Of a stretch of DNA of 64,000 nucleotides, positions 46,442 through 55,633 are shown in pieces (position 1 is the first letter of the stretch; each line of letters begins with the position of its first letter). The notes under the pieces are model-generated. The model was not told where the DNA came from. It ran no database searches and saw nothing but the letters and a program-made list of their open reading frames with translations. The DNA is from Candidatus Limnocylindrales bacterium (GTDB taxonomy: Bacteria > Chloroflexota > Dormibacteria > CF-121), in contig DASQGL010000028.1 in NCBI GenBank assembly GCA_035632635.1, positions 5,578 to 69,577 of the forward strand, written 5' to 3'. The position numbers and the translations under genes are program-made.

Positions 46442-47412
46442 TAGGCGCCCTCCGGGAGCGCCGCCACGCGAACGCCCGGTCCCGGGCCGGCCGCCGGACG
46501 GGGCAGCAGGCCTGCCTCCTCGACCACCGCCAGAACGCCCTCGTCCCAGCGGATCGCGATCACATGCACGCCGCGAACGCCGGGAATCTCGCGCAGGCCA
46601 CTGACCAGTTCGACGGCAATCCGGATGCCTTCCTGTGCCTGGCGTTCCGTGGGCACACCCTCGATGCGGCGGACGATCGACTCGGGGACGAAGACGCCCG
46701 GCACTTTCTCCCTCATGAATCGAGCGCCCCGGGCGGATCGCGGGACCGCGACCGATGGAATGATGGCCACCCGCTCGAGCAAGCCGAGGTCGCGCACCCG
46801 GGCCATGAAGTCCGCCAGCCCGCGCAGGTTGAAGACGAGCTGCGTCTGGATGAACTCGGCACCGGCCTCCACTTTCTTCTGCAGCCGCGCCGGCCGAAAC
46901 GCGATTGGCGGCGCAAACGGGTTCTCGACCGCGCCGATGAAGAAGCTCGGGGGCGCGTCCAGCTTCCGCCCACTCAGATAGATGCCCCGGTCGCGCATGG
47001 TGCGGGCGATCTGGACGAGCTGTATCGAGTCGATGTCGTAGATGGAGCGCGCCTCCGGATGGTCCCCGGCGCTGACGTCGTCGCCGCTCATCATGATCAC
47101 GTTGCGGACACCGAGCGCCGCGGCGCCCAGCAGGTCCGCCTGCAGACCGAGGCGATTGCGGTCCCGGGTCGTGAGCTGCATGATCGGCTCGATGCCCGCC
47201 TCGGCCAGCAGGTGGGCCGCCGCCAGGGGCGACAGATGCACGTGGGCTCCGGTGTTGTCGGTGCAGTTGATCGCGTCGGCGTGCGCGCGCAGCCTGGACG
47301 CGCGGGCGATGGTCACCGCCGGGTCGGGGCTGTCGATGGCGGAAAGCTCCGCCGTGACCACGAACTCGCCGCGCTGAAGGAGCTCCCCCAGCCGGCTGGG
47401 CGGATGGCTCAC
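46441..47412 (-). CDS. metF: 5,10-methylenetetrahydrofolate reductase
   Basis: The GTG start overlaps the metV stop (GTGA). FVVTAELSAIDSP, TDNTGAHVH and MQLTTRDRNR motifs of MTHFR. Confidence 0.75.
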   Translation of the reverse strand: MSHPPSRLGELLQRGEFVVTAELSAIDSPDPAVTIARASRLRAHADAINCTDNTGAHVHLSPLAAAHLLAEAGIEPIMQLTTRDRNRLGLQADLLGAAALGVRNVIMMSGDDVSAGDHPEARSIYDIDSIQLVQIARTMRDRGIYLSGRKLDAPPSFFIGAVENPFAPPIAFRPARLQKKVEAGAEFIQTQLVFNLRGLADFMARVRDLGLLERVAIIPSVAVPRSARGARFMREKVPGVFVPESIVRRIEGVPTERQAQEGIRIAVELVSGLREIPGVRGVHVIAIRWDEGVLAVVEEAGLLPRPAAGPGPGVRVAALPEGA

Positions 47413-47783
47413 ATCCGATCGCCGTCCCAGCCGGCCGGCCGGCGATGGTCGCGCCCGCTGACGAGATTGATCCAGGAGGAGGTGCCCTTCAGCCGCCAGT
47501 CCACGGGCGGGTTGAGATGCTGCATGTGGTCGCGCCACAGCGGGAGGCGCCGTGATCCCTCATACGCCTTCACCCAGACGCAGGGCCGGTCGGGAAACAC
47601 CTCGCAGTTCCCGTTGGCGCGAACGCCGCCGCAAGGCCCGTTGCGCAGGTTCTTGGGACAGCGCATCGGGCAGGTCAACCCGGTCGAGTGCAGGATGCAT
47701 TGGCCGCACATCCGGCAGTCCCAGATGGCCTCCTTGAGCGGTTTCTCGAGCGCGATCACGGCCTGTTCGAGGAGAGTGCCCAT
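47409..47783 (-). CDS. metV: MetV-like zinc-ribbon protein (MTHFR C-terminal-like domain, small partner subunit of MetF in acetogen-type systems)
   Basis: Cys-rich CRMCGQCILHSTGLTCPMRCPKNLRNGPCGG pattern, located immediately upstream of and coupled to metF. Confidence 0.6.
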   Translation of the reverse strand: MGTLLEQAVIALEKPLKEAIWDCRMCGQCILHSTGLTCPMRCPKNLRNGPCGGVRANGNCEVFPDRPCVWVKAYEGSRRLPLWRDHMQHLNPPVDWRLKGTSSWINLVSGRDHRRPAGWDGDRM

Positions 47784-47790
47784 CGCCCGG

Positions 47791-48507
47791 TTACCCCTTC
47801 TTGAGCGTCTTGTCGATCAGCTCGACGGCCTGGGTCAGCGCCGCGTTCTCGGCCGCCTGCGCCGCGCCCACGATTTGCTTCGCCATCCGCGTGGCCATCG
47901 ACGCGTCAGGCGCGTAATGGTCGGCGCCGGACAGCTTCGCGTATTCCTCGGTCACGGGGGCCCCGCCAACCATGACGGCGACCTTGTCGCGCAGGCCCGC
48001 CTTCTTGAGCGCCTCGATGTTGACCTTGAACATGGGCATGGTCGTGGTCAGGAAGGCGGAGAAGCCGACGATATGCGGCTCGTGCGTCCGGACAGCCTCG
48101 ACGAACTTCTCCGGCGCGGTGTTCACGCCGAGGTCGACGACCTCGAAACCGGCGCCTTCGAGCATGATGATCACGAGATTCTTCCCGATGTCGTGGATAT
48201 CGCCCTTGACCGTCCCGATCACGTACTTCCCGATGGGTTTTGCACCGGTCTCGGCGATCAGCGGGCGGAGCAGGGTCAGGGCGCCCTGCATGGCGCGCGC
48301 CGCAATCAGCATCTCCGGCACGAAGAACTCCCCGCGCTCGAACCGGCGGCCGACCTCCTCGAGCGAGGGAATCAGCGCCTTGAAGAGGATGTCCATCGGA
48401 TCCATCTTCAAGGCGAGCGCCTCTTCGGTCAGCCGCTTGACCTCGGGGGCGTGGCCGTTGAGCGTGTGGTCGAACAGCTCCTGTCGAATCTCGTCCTCGC
48501 GACTCAT
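47791..48507 (-). CDS. Cobalamin-binding corrinoid protein (MtgC/MtmC-like)
   Basis: AGGAGG RBS; B12-binding DxHxxG motif (GDIHDIGKN) in a Rossmann-like domain after an N-terminal helical cap. The internal ATG at 48507 is the real start, not the 49392 ORF-track start. Confidence 0.8.
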   Translation of the reverse strand: MSREDEIRQELFDHTLNGHAPEVKRLTEEALALKMDPMDILFKALIPSLEEVGRRFERGEFFVPEMLIAARAMQGALTLLRPLIAETGAKPIGKYVIGTVKGDIHDIGKNLVIIMLEGAGFEVVDLGVNTAPEKFVEAVRTHEPHIVGFSAFLTTTMPMFKVNIEALKKAGLRDKVAVMVGGAPVTEEYAKLSGADHYAPDASMATRMAKQIVGAAQAAENAALTQAVELIDKTLKKG

Positions 48508-49313
48508 CCCTGGCCTCCTCCTGCCCGCACTTCCGCCGCCGCCGAATAGCCGAGCCGCTGCGAGATCGCCTCGCCGGCTTCCTTCGCCATCTCTCCCAGT
48601 TCCTGCAGGCGCTGTGGGCTGACCCGGTAGGCGGGGCCCGCGATGCTGACCGCGCCGACCACCCGACCTTCCGCTCCCTTGACGGGCGCCGCGACCGCGT
48701 TCAGGCCCACCTCCAGCTCTTCGAGCGTGAAGGCATAGCCGTCCTCGAGAACCCGCTTGAGCTGGCGTTCGAGGGTGTGGCGGTCCGTGATCGTCCGGGG
48801 CGTGAACCGCCGCAGTGGGCCCGCGAGAATCCGATCCCGCTGGGCGGCGTCCGCGTGGGCGAGGAGGACCTTCCCGTTCGAGGTGCAGTGCAGGGGGGTC
48901 TGCTTGCCGACCCAGTTCACGTTCACGACCAGGTGCGCCGCCGTGATCTGATCGATGTTCACGACCTGATCTCCCTGGAGGACCGCGAGGTTGACGGTTT
49001 CGTTGGTGCGCTCGGCGAGGTCCTCCAGGATCGCCCGCGCCGAGCGGGACAGGTCGAATTCCGCGACCACCGCGCCGGCCAGGCGGACGAGCCCGTAGCC
49101 GAGGCGGTACTTCTCGGTCAGCGGGTTCTGCTCCACGAGCCCGCGAGCCTCCAGCGTGGCGAGCAGCCGGAAGGCGGTCGATTTGTGCACCTCGAGCCGG
49201 CGAGCCAGGTCGGTCACGCCCATCTCCCGCCCGGCCGCCAAAAGGTCCAGGATCTCGAGCGCCCGGTCGAGCGACTGCACCTTTTTGTTGCGCACTCCAA
49301 AACTGGTGCTCAT
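48504..49313 (-). CDS. IclR-family transcriptional regulator
   Basis: N-terminal HTH (LDRALEILDLLAAGREMGVTDLARRLEVHKSTAFRLLATLE) and a C-terminal effector domain; 4-nt overlap with the corrinoid-protein start. Confidence 0.75.
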   Translation of the reverse strand: MSTSFGVRNKKVQSLDRALEILDLLAAGREMGVTDLARRLEVHKSTAFRLLATLEARGLVEQNPLTEKYRLGYGLVRLAGAVVAEFDLSRSARAILEDLAERTNETVNLAVLQGDQVVNIDQITAAHLVVNVNWVGKQTPLHCTSNGKVLLAHADAAQRDRILAGPLRRFTPRTITDRHTLERQLKRVLEDGYAFTLEELEVGLNAVAAPVKGAEGRVVGAVSIAGPAYRVSPQRLQELGEMAKEAGEAISQRLGYSAAAEVRAGGGQG

Positions 49314-49425
49314 AGCACAACAGTCTACGCTCCCGGTCGGCGGATGGAAAGGGGTCGCGCGCGACGCCCGCGGAGGCTGCTTCGGGCGGCATCCCGGGGT
49401 CCGCGGCGGCCCTTGACGGTGGCGT

Positions 49426-49472
49426 TAGGCCGTGCTACGTTCGGCGCGCTGATATATCAGCGATATACGGCA
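49426..49472 (+). promoter_or_regulatory. Putative sigma-70-like promoter (TTGACG -17- TACGTT) plus a perfect 12-bp palindrome CTGATATATCAG (operator candidate) upstream of the GntR gene and divergent from the IclR gene
   Basis: TTGACG at 49426-49431 and TACGTT at 49449-49454. The palindrome at 49461-49472 sits just before the AGGAGGG RBS. Confidence 0.4.
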
Positions 49473-49483
49473 GGAGGGAAGCC

Positions 49484-50201
49484 CTTGGCGAGCGAGGTCG
49501 AAGCTCGTCCGCTCGCGCGCCGGCAAGGCCTGGACCCGGCACAGCTCCGGACCGTGGTCCTGCACGGCGATTCGGCGCGGTCGCAGAGCCAGCGCGCCTA
49601 CCTCCTGATCCGGGACCAGATCGTCACCCTGAAACTCGCTCCCGGGTCGGTGATCGAGGAGGCTCGCCTGCGCGAGGATCTGCACCTGGGCCGGACCCCG
49701 ATCCGCGAGGCGCTCCAGCGGCTCGCCCACGAGAATCTCGTCTCCTTCGTCCCCCACCGGGGCACCTTCGTGACCGACATCAACATCCAGGACCTCGGCC
49801 ATCTCACCGAGGTCCGCACCGAGCTCGAGGGCTATGCGGCCCGGCTTGCGGCCGAGCGCGCCTCCGTCGCCGAGCGCGGGGCGATGGGCGCCCTGCTCAC
49901 CGAGCTGCGGAGCACGCAGTCCGCCGGGCCGCTCGCCCTGATGCAGCTCGACCAGAAGATCCACCGGCAGATCTACCGGGCAACCCGCAACGGGTTCCTG
50001 GCGGGCGTCCTCGAGCAGTACTTCAACCTGACGCTGCGGCTCTGGTTCCTGGTCCTCGACCGGGGCGTCCATCTGCGGGAAGCGGTGCAGGAGCATCGCG
50101 AAGCGCTCGAGGCAATCGTGGGAAGGGAAGCGGCGACGGCGGAGGCGATCATGCGCCGGCACGTGGTCGGTTTCGAACAGGAAGTCCGGCGGGTGCTCTG
50201 A
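49484..50201 (+). CDS. GntR-family transcriptional regulator (FadR/FCD subfamily); probable TTG start
   Basis: wHTH LLIRDQIVTLKLAPGSVIEEARLREDLHLGRTPIREALQRLAHENLV plus a helical FCD domain. Confidence 0.7.
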
Positions 50202-50226
50202 ACGAAATGGACAAGGGAGGGGTGCG

Positions 50227-51159
50227 GTGAGACTCTTCTACACGACCGATCTGCACGGATCCGAGGTCTGCTGGCGCAAGTTCCTCAATGCGGCCGCCTA
50301 CTACCGGGCGGACGTCCTGATCTGCGGGGGCGACATGACGGGCAAGGCGATGATCCCGCTCGTCGACGAGGGCGACCATTACGAGTTCGCGCTGTCCGGG
50401 CAGCATCAGCGCGTGTCCCGCGACGAGATTGCGGACGTCGAGAGCCAGATCCAGCGGCGCGGGTATTACCCCGTCCGGATGTCCTCGGCCCAGGTCGCCG
50501 AACTCGAGGCAGACCCGAAGAAGGTGCAGACCCTGTTCACCGAGCAGATGTGCAAGACCGTCGAGCGCTGGATGGACATGGCGGAAGACAAGCTCGGCAA
50601 CAGTCCGGTTCGGATCTTCGTCTCCCCCGGCAACGATGACGAGATCGAGATCGACGAGGTGATCGCCAGGTCGACCAAGGTCGAGCTCGCGGAAGGCAAA
50701 TGCATCGACATCGGCGGCTACGAGATGATCTCCTCCGGCTGGGCCAACCCCACTCCGTGGCACACCTATCGCGAGGCTCCCGAGGAAGAGCTCGCGAAGA
50801 TGATGGAGCCGATGCTCGCCCAGATCAAGCAGATGAGCCGGGCGATCTTCAACTTCCATCCGCCGCCCTACGGCACCTCGCTCGACGAGGCGCCCGCCCT
50901 CGACGCGGACCTCCGCCCCATGCACGGCGGGCGCGCACTCCGCCACGTCGGCTCGACCGCAGTGCGGGAGGCGATCGACGAGCACCAGCCAATGCTGTCG
51001 CTGCATGGCCACATCCACGAAGGCAAGGGCATCACCCGGATGGGTAAGACGCTCGCGATCAACACCGGCAGCGCGTACGAGGAAGGCATCCTGATGTCGG
51101 CGATCCTCGAGCTCGACCAGAAGAAGGGCATCAAGAATTACCAGCTGGTGTCCGGCTGA
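50227..51159 (+). CDS. Metallophosphoesterase (calcineurin-like phosphoesterase) family protein
   Basis: GTG start. TDLHG, GDMTG, GNDD and HGHIHEG motifs. Confidence 0.65.
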   Translation: MRLFYTTDLHGSEVCWRKFLNAAAYYRADVLICGGDMTGKAMIPLVDEGDHYEFALSGQHQRVSRDEIADVESQIQRRGYYPVRMSSAQVAELEADPKKVQTLFTEQMCKTVERWMDMAEDKLGNSPVRIFVSPGNDDEIEIDEVIARSTKVELAEGKCIDIGGYEMISSGWANPTPWHTYREAPEEELAKMMEPMLAQIKQMSRAIFNFHPPPYGTSLDEAPALDADLRPMHGGRALRHVGSTAVREAIDEHQPMLSLHGHIHEGKGITRMGKTLAINTGSAYEEGILMSAILELDQKKGIKNYQLVSG

Positions 51160-51235
51160 CGGATGGAGGTGATCCACACAGCGAACTCACGATAATCGGC
51201 GATCGGCGAATCAAGGAATGAATGGAGGAACGTAT

Positions 51236-52873
51236 ATGGCGACAGGGACGGCCGCACCGCCCCGACAGACCCTCTTCCTGAGGAATGCCACCGGCCTCGT
51301 GAAGGCATGGTCCGGTTTCGATGCGTTCATTTACTCGTTCATGTCGGTCAATCTCGTCGCGCTCGGTTTCGGCGCCTTCGCGTCGGCGGGGTTCATCGCC
51401 AACGGGCATATCCTCTCCGCGGTGATCATTGCCGGCATCTTCGTGACCTTCCTGGTCCTGACCTATGCCATCCTCGTCGCGGCAATGCCGCGGGCGGGCG
51501 GGGATTACACCTGGCAATCGCGCGTGCTCGGCGGCGGCGCCGCCTTCGTCCTCTCGATGACCGGCTGGTGGTTCATCCTGTGGCACTGGACGCCGATCTA
51601 CGCGGCCATCCTCAACCAGCAGGTGCTCGCTCCCCTGTCGGCGACGATCGGCCGGACCGACTGGGCGACATTCTTCAGTCCTACCACCGGTACCGGCCTG
51701 TTCGTGGCCTGCCTCGTCGTTCTCGCCTTCGTCTGCGTGTACGTGACCATGGGCATGGAGGGCTACGCCAAGATCCAGAAGTTCTGCTTCTGGCTCGGGC
51801 TGGCCGGCCTCGCGGTCATGGCCGTGCTCCTGCTCGTCAACGACCAGACCTCGATGCAGAACGCCATCAACCGTGAGGCGACGAGCATCTTCGGCTACCA
51901 GGGCAATGCCTACCAGGACACGCTCAAGGTCGCCACCAAGGCCGGATACAGCGTGACCGGCTTCAACGCCTTCTCATTCGGACCGACGCTCGCGCTCGTT
52001 CCGTTCCTTCTCTTCTATCTCCTCTGGCCCGTGTGGGGCGCGACTCTGTACGGTGAGGTGCGCGGCACCAAGGACTACCGGAGGATCTTCAACTCGATGT
52101 TCTGGGGCCTTTGGGTCACCGTGATTCTCTCCGTGGTCGTCCTGCTGCTCCTGGCCAAGACGATCGGCTGGGAGTTCTTCCAGGCAGCCGCCTACAATGC
52201 CACATTCGGGGTGGCCAATGCGCCCATTCCGATCTGGCCCCATCCGGTCATGCTCACGGGCTGGTTGGTACATAACCACGCGTTCCAGTTCATCCTGCTG
52301 GCGGTCATGAGCGTCTGGTTCTGGGGCTGGTCCGGGACGCTCTTCCTGTCCTCGACCCGTGTCATCTTCGCGGCCGCTTTCGATCGGGTTCTGCCGGAGT
52401 GGGCCGCGAATATCTCCGCCAAGCGCCGGGTGCCCTACGGGGCGCTGATCCTGATGGTGGTTCCGGCACTCGTGATCAGCGCGATCTATGCCTACGTCAA
52501 CGGCTTCAGCACGCTCGTCCTCGACGCGACGCTCGTTATCGCCATCACCTATCTCGGCACGGTGGTAGCCGCGGCCATCCTGCCCTGGCGACGGCCGACG
52601 ATCTTCACCAACTCCCCGATCGCGAAGCTACGGGTCGGCGGAGTCCCGGTGATCACGGTCGGCGCCGCGGTGGCGGGCGTCTTCCTGATCTTCAACATCG
52701 TCAAGTGGCTCGCCGATCCGACCTACGGCATCGGGCTGAGCAACCCGAAATCGATGTGGTACCTGGCCGCGATGTATGTTCTCGCCCTCGTCGTCTACGT
52801 CGCCGCATTCCTGTATCGCCGCTCGCAGGGCATCGACCTGCGCGCCATTCACCACGAGATTCCCGTCGAGTAA
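51236..52873 (+). CDS. APC-superfamily amino acid / polyamine / organocation permease
   Basis: A GGAGG RBS precedes the ATG at 51236. About 12 TM helices with APC-like topology. Confidence 0.7.
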   Translation: MATGTAAPPRQTLFLRNATGLVKAWSGFDAFIYSFMSVNLVALGFGAFASAGFIANGHILSAVIIAGIFVTFLVLTYAILVAAMPRAGGDYTWQSRVLGGGAAFVLSMTGWWFILWHWTPIYAAILNQQVLAPLSATIGRTDWATFFSPTTGTGLFVACLVVLAFVCVYVTMGMEGYAKIQKFCFWLGLAGLAVMAVLLLVNDQTSMQNAINREATSIFGYQGNAYQDTLKVATKAGYSVTGFNAFSFGPTLALVPFLLFYLLWPVWGATLYGEVRGTKDYRRIFNSMFWGLWVTVILSVVVLLLLAKTIGWEFFQAAAYNATFGVANAPIPIWPHPVMLTGWLVHNHAFQFILLAVMSVWFWGWSGTLFLSSTRVIFAAAFDRVLPEWAANISAKRRVPYGALILMVVPALVISAIYAYVNGFSTLVLDATLVIAITYLGTVVAAAILPWRRPTIFTNSPIAKLRVGGVPVITVGAAVAGVFLIFNIVKWLADPTYGIGLSNPKSMWYLAAMYVLALVVYVAAFLYRRSQGIDLRAIHHEIPVE

Positions 52874-52895
52874 CCGACTAGTATTCAGCTGACGC

Positions 52896-52929
52896 AGGCG
52901 GAGGCCGCGTCCTCCGCCTGCACTCGTCC
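52896..52929 (+). terminator. GC-rich hairpin (possible U-tract-less terminator or attenuator) between the permease and Fe-ADH genes
   Basis: GCAGGCGGAGG-ccgcgt-CCTCCGCCTGC is a perfect 11-bp stem with a 6-nt loop; there is no T-run. Confidence 0.3.
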
Positions 52930-52944
52930 AACAAGGAGGAAGGC

Positions 52945-54192
52945 GTGCTGCTCGACAGCGTTCTTCGCAGCTACCAGTCGCCGACCCGCATGGTCCATGC
53001 GATCGGCGCCATCAAGGCCCTCGGCGACGAGGTCAAGGCGCTTGGCGTGCGCCGGCCGCTCCTCGTCACCGATCAGGGCATCGTCAAAGCCGGGCTGCTC
53101 GACGAAGCGATGACGCCGCTCAAGGCGGCCGGCCTCGATCCCGTGCCGTTCGCCGAGGTGCGGGCCAACCCCGGGATCGCGCTCGTCGACCAGGGGGCGC
53201 GCGAGTACCAGACGCAGCGCTGCGACGGCCTGATCGGGATGGGCGGGGGGAGTTCGATCGATACGGCGAAGGGCATCGGGGTGGTCGCCGTGCATGGCGG
53301 CAGCATCGTCCAGTACGAGTGGGGCAAGGACCCCATTCACTCGCGGATTCCGCCGCTCGTCGCCGTGCCCACCACCGCCGGCACCGGTAGCGAGGTGACC
53401 CTCTGGGCCGTGATCACCGATCCGAATCGCAAGATCAAGTTCAACGTGGGCGGGACGCCCAACATCGCAGCGCACGTGGCGCTCATCGATCCGGCGCTCT
53501 CGGTCAACCTGCCGCCCGGCGTGACCGCGGGCACTGGAATGGATGCGCTCACCCACGCAATCGAGTGCTTCACCATGGCCTACCACCAGCCCTTCACCGA
53601 CGCAGTCGCCCTGCTCGGCATGGAGTACTGCGCGAAATGGTTGCGGATCGCGTTCTCCCAGTCGCACAACCTGGAAGCGCGCTACCACATGTCGCTGGGC
53701 GCCATGCTCGCCGGGCTGGCCTACGGCACCGATTCGGCCGGGGCGGCGCACGCGATGAGCCAGTCGGCGGGCGGCGTTCACGATGCGCCGCATGGCGCGC
53801 TCACCGGCCGCCTGCTCGCGCCCGTCATGGAATACAACTACTCCGGCGAACCGGAGCGCTTCGCTCGGATCGCGCAGGCGATGGGCGAGGATACGCATGG
53901 CCTCTCCACCTGGAAGGCGGCCGAACTCGCCGTCGACGCCGTCTACCAGCTGACCGAAGACGTCGAGATCCCGAGCTTGAACGAGCTGGGCTTTTCCGAG
54001 GAGGAGATCCCGATGCTCGCGGAAAAAGCGGAAGCCGACGCTCAAACGATCGGCAATCCGCGCGACGTCGATGCCCGCAACTATCGCCGGATCTACGCCC
54101 GGGCTTTCGAGGCCGGCCACCATCGGCATGCCGACGCGCATCACGATGGTGAGGTCGCCCACGCCGCCGAGGTCTCGCGTGTGGCGAAATAA
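52945..54192 (+). CDS. Iron-containing (type III) alcohol dehydrogenase family protein
   Basis: GTG start after an AAGGAGGAAGG RBS. GGGSSIDTAKG NAD-binding motif and Fe-ligand His residues (HAIECF...H). Confidence 0.75.
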   Translation: MLLDSVLRSYQSPTRMVHAIGAIKALGDEVKALGVRRPLLVTDQGIVKAGLLDEAMTPLKAAGLDPVPFAEVRANPGIALVDQGAREYQTQRCDGLIGMGGGSSIDTAKGIGVVAVHGGSIVQYEWGKDPIHSRIPPLVAVPTTAGTGSEVTLWAVITDPNRKIKFNVGGTPNIAAHVALIDPALSVNLPPGVTAGTGMDALTHAIECFTMAYHQPFTDAVALLGMEYCAKWLRIAFSQSHNLEARYHMSLGAMLAGLAYGTDSAGAAHAMSQSAGGVHDAPHGALTGRLLAPVMEYNYSGEPERFARIAQAMGEDTHGLSTWKAAELAVDAVYQLTEDVEIPSLNELGFSEEEIPMLAEKAEADAQTIGNPRDVDARNYRRIYARAFEAGHHRHADAHHDGEVAHAAEVSRVAK

Positions 54193-55633
54193 CCTGCCGC
54201 GGGTCAACCTGCTCAGCGACGGCGAGGTCGAGCAGATCCACGCCCAGGCCATGCTGATCCTGAGGGAGATCGGTATCGACTTCCTCCACCCGCGGGCGCT
54301 GGAGCGGTTCAAGGCCGCCGGGCTGCCGATCGAGGAGAACCGCGTCCGTTTCGAAGAAGCCTTCATCCTGGAGCAGCTCCGGCAGGTGCCGGAGAGCTTT
54401 CAGGTCCAGGCGCGGAACCCGGCGAACACGGTCACGATCGGCGAGAACTACATGGTCAACGCTCCCGTCTACGGGTGTCCCTTCATCACGGATCTCGACC
54501 GCGGGCGGCGCAACGCCACCATCGGCGATTTCACGAACTTCGACAAGTTGGCGCAGGCGACGCCGCAGATTCACTGCGCCGGCGGCACCATCGTGGAGCC
54601 GGACGACCTCCCTCAGGAAACGCGTCATCTCGACATGGTCTACTCCCACATCCGATGGACCGACAAGCCGTACATGGGTGGCGTCATCTCCGAGGAGGCC
54701 GCCCGCGATTCGATCGAGATGAGCTCGATCGTCTTCGGTGGACGCGACCGGATTGAAAAGACCCCCGCGCTTCTCGCCCTGATCAACGTCAACAGCCCGA
54801 TGCGCTTCGATGACCGGATGCTGGGCGCCCTGATGGAGTACGCGGCTGCCAACCAACCCGCCATCGTCACCCCGTTCCTCATGGCCGGGGCCATGTCCCC
54901 GATGGGTCTGGCAGGAAGCATCGCCCAGCAAACGGCAGAGGCCCTCGCCGGGATCGCTCTCATCCAGCTCGTGAGGCCGGGCGCGCCCTGCGTCTACGGC
55001 TCCTTCCTCACGAACGTCGACATGCAGTCGGGAAGCCCAGCCTTCGGTACGCCGGAATCCGCGCTCGGCATCCTGGCCAGTGCCCAGATGGCCCGCCACT
55101 ACCGGATCCCGTTCCGCGGCGGGGGCGCGCTGACCTCGTCCAAGTCCCCGGATGCCCAGGCTGCCTACGAGTCGATGATGTGCATGTGGCCGACGGTCCT
55201 CGGCGGCGTCCACTTCGTCTTGCACGCCGCCGGCTGGCTCGAGAGCGCGCTGCTGGCCTCCTACGAGAAATTCATCATCGATGTCGAGTGCCTGCGCATG
55301 TTCGAATGGATGATGACCAAAGGCATCCCGTTCGACGACGAGGGTCTGGCCATGGATGGGATCCGCGAGGTCGGACCGGGCGGCCATCATCTCGGATCCG
55401 AGCACACCATGCGGAATTACCGCACCGGCTTCTACCGGCCGCTGATCTCGTCGACCGAGAGCTTCGATCGCTGGAACCGGATGGGCGCCCGGACCGCCGA
55501 CCGGGTGGCGAATGAAAAGTGGAAGCAGATGCTGGCGGATTACAAGGACCCCGCAATCGATCCTGGGGTGGAGGAGCAATTGCAGGCGTTCATGTCCAGG
55601 CGGAAGGAGGAGATTCTGGGTGCCCGCGTCTAA
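54178..55633 (+). CDS. MttB-superfamily (trimethylamine methyltransferase-like) corrinoid methyltransferase without in-frame amber codon, consistent with a glycine betaine/quaternary-amine-type (MtgB-like) member
   Basis: GTG start (MWRNNLPRVNLLSDGEVEQIHAQ...), TIM-barrel-length protein of about 485 aa with MttB family features, and no internal UAG. It overlaps the Fe-ADH gene end by 15 nt. Confidence 0.7.

Noticed and set aside
47791-49392. 533-aa ORF spanning corrinoid protein and upstream region
   Set aside because: The N-terminal 295 residues are Arg/Gly/Pro-rich junk in the same frame as, but upstream of, the RBS-preceded ATG at 48507. The real corrinoid protein is 238 aa and the region upstream is the IclR gene in another frame.
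54178-55633. In-frame amber codon (pyrrolysine) in the MttB-family gene
   Set aside because: The reading frame is continuous with no internal TAG, so this is a non-Pyl family member, not a read-through Pyl gene.
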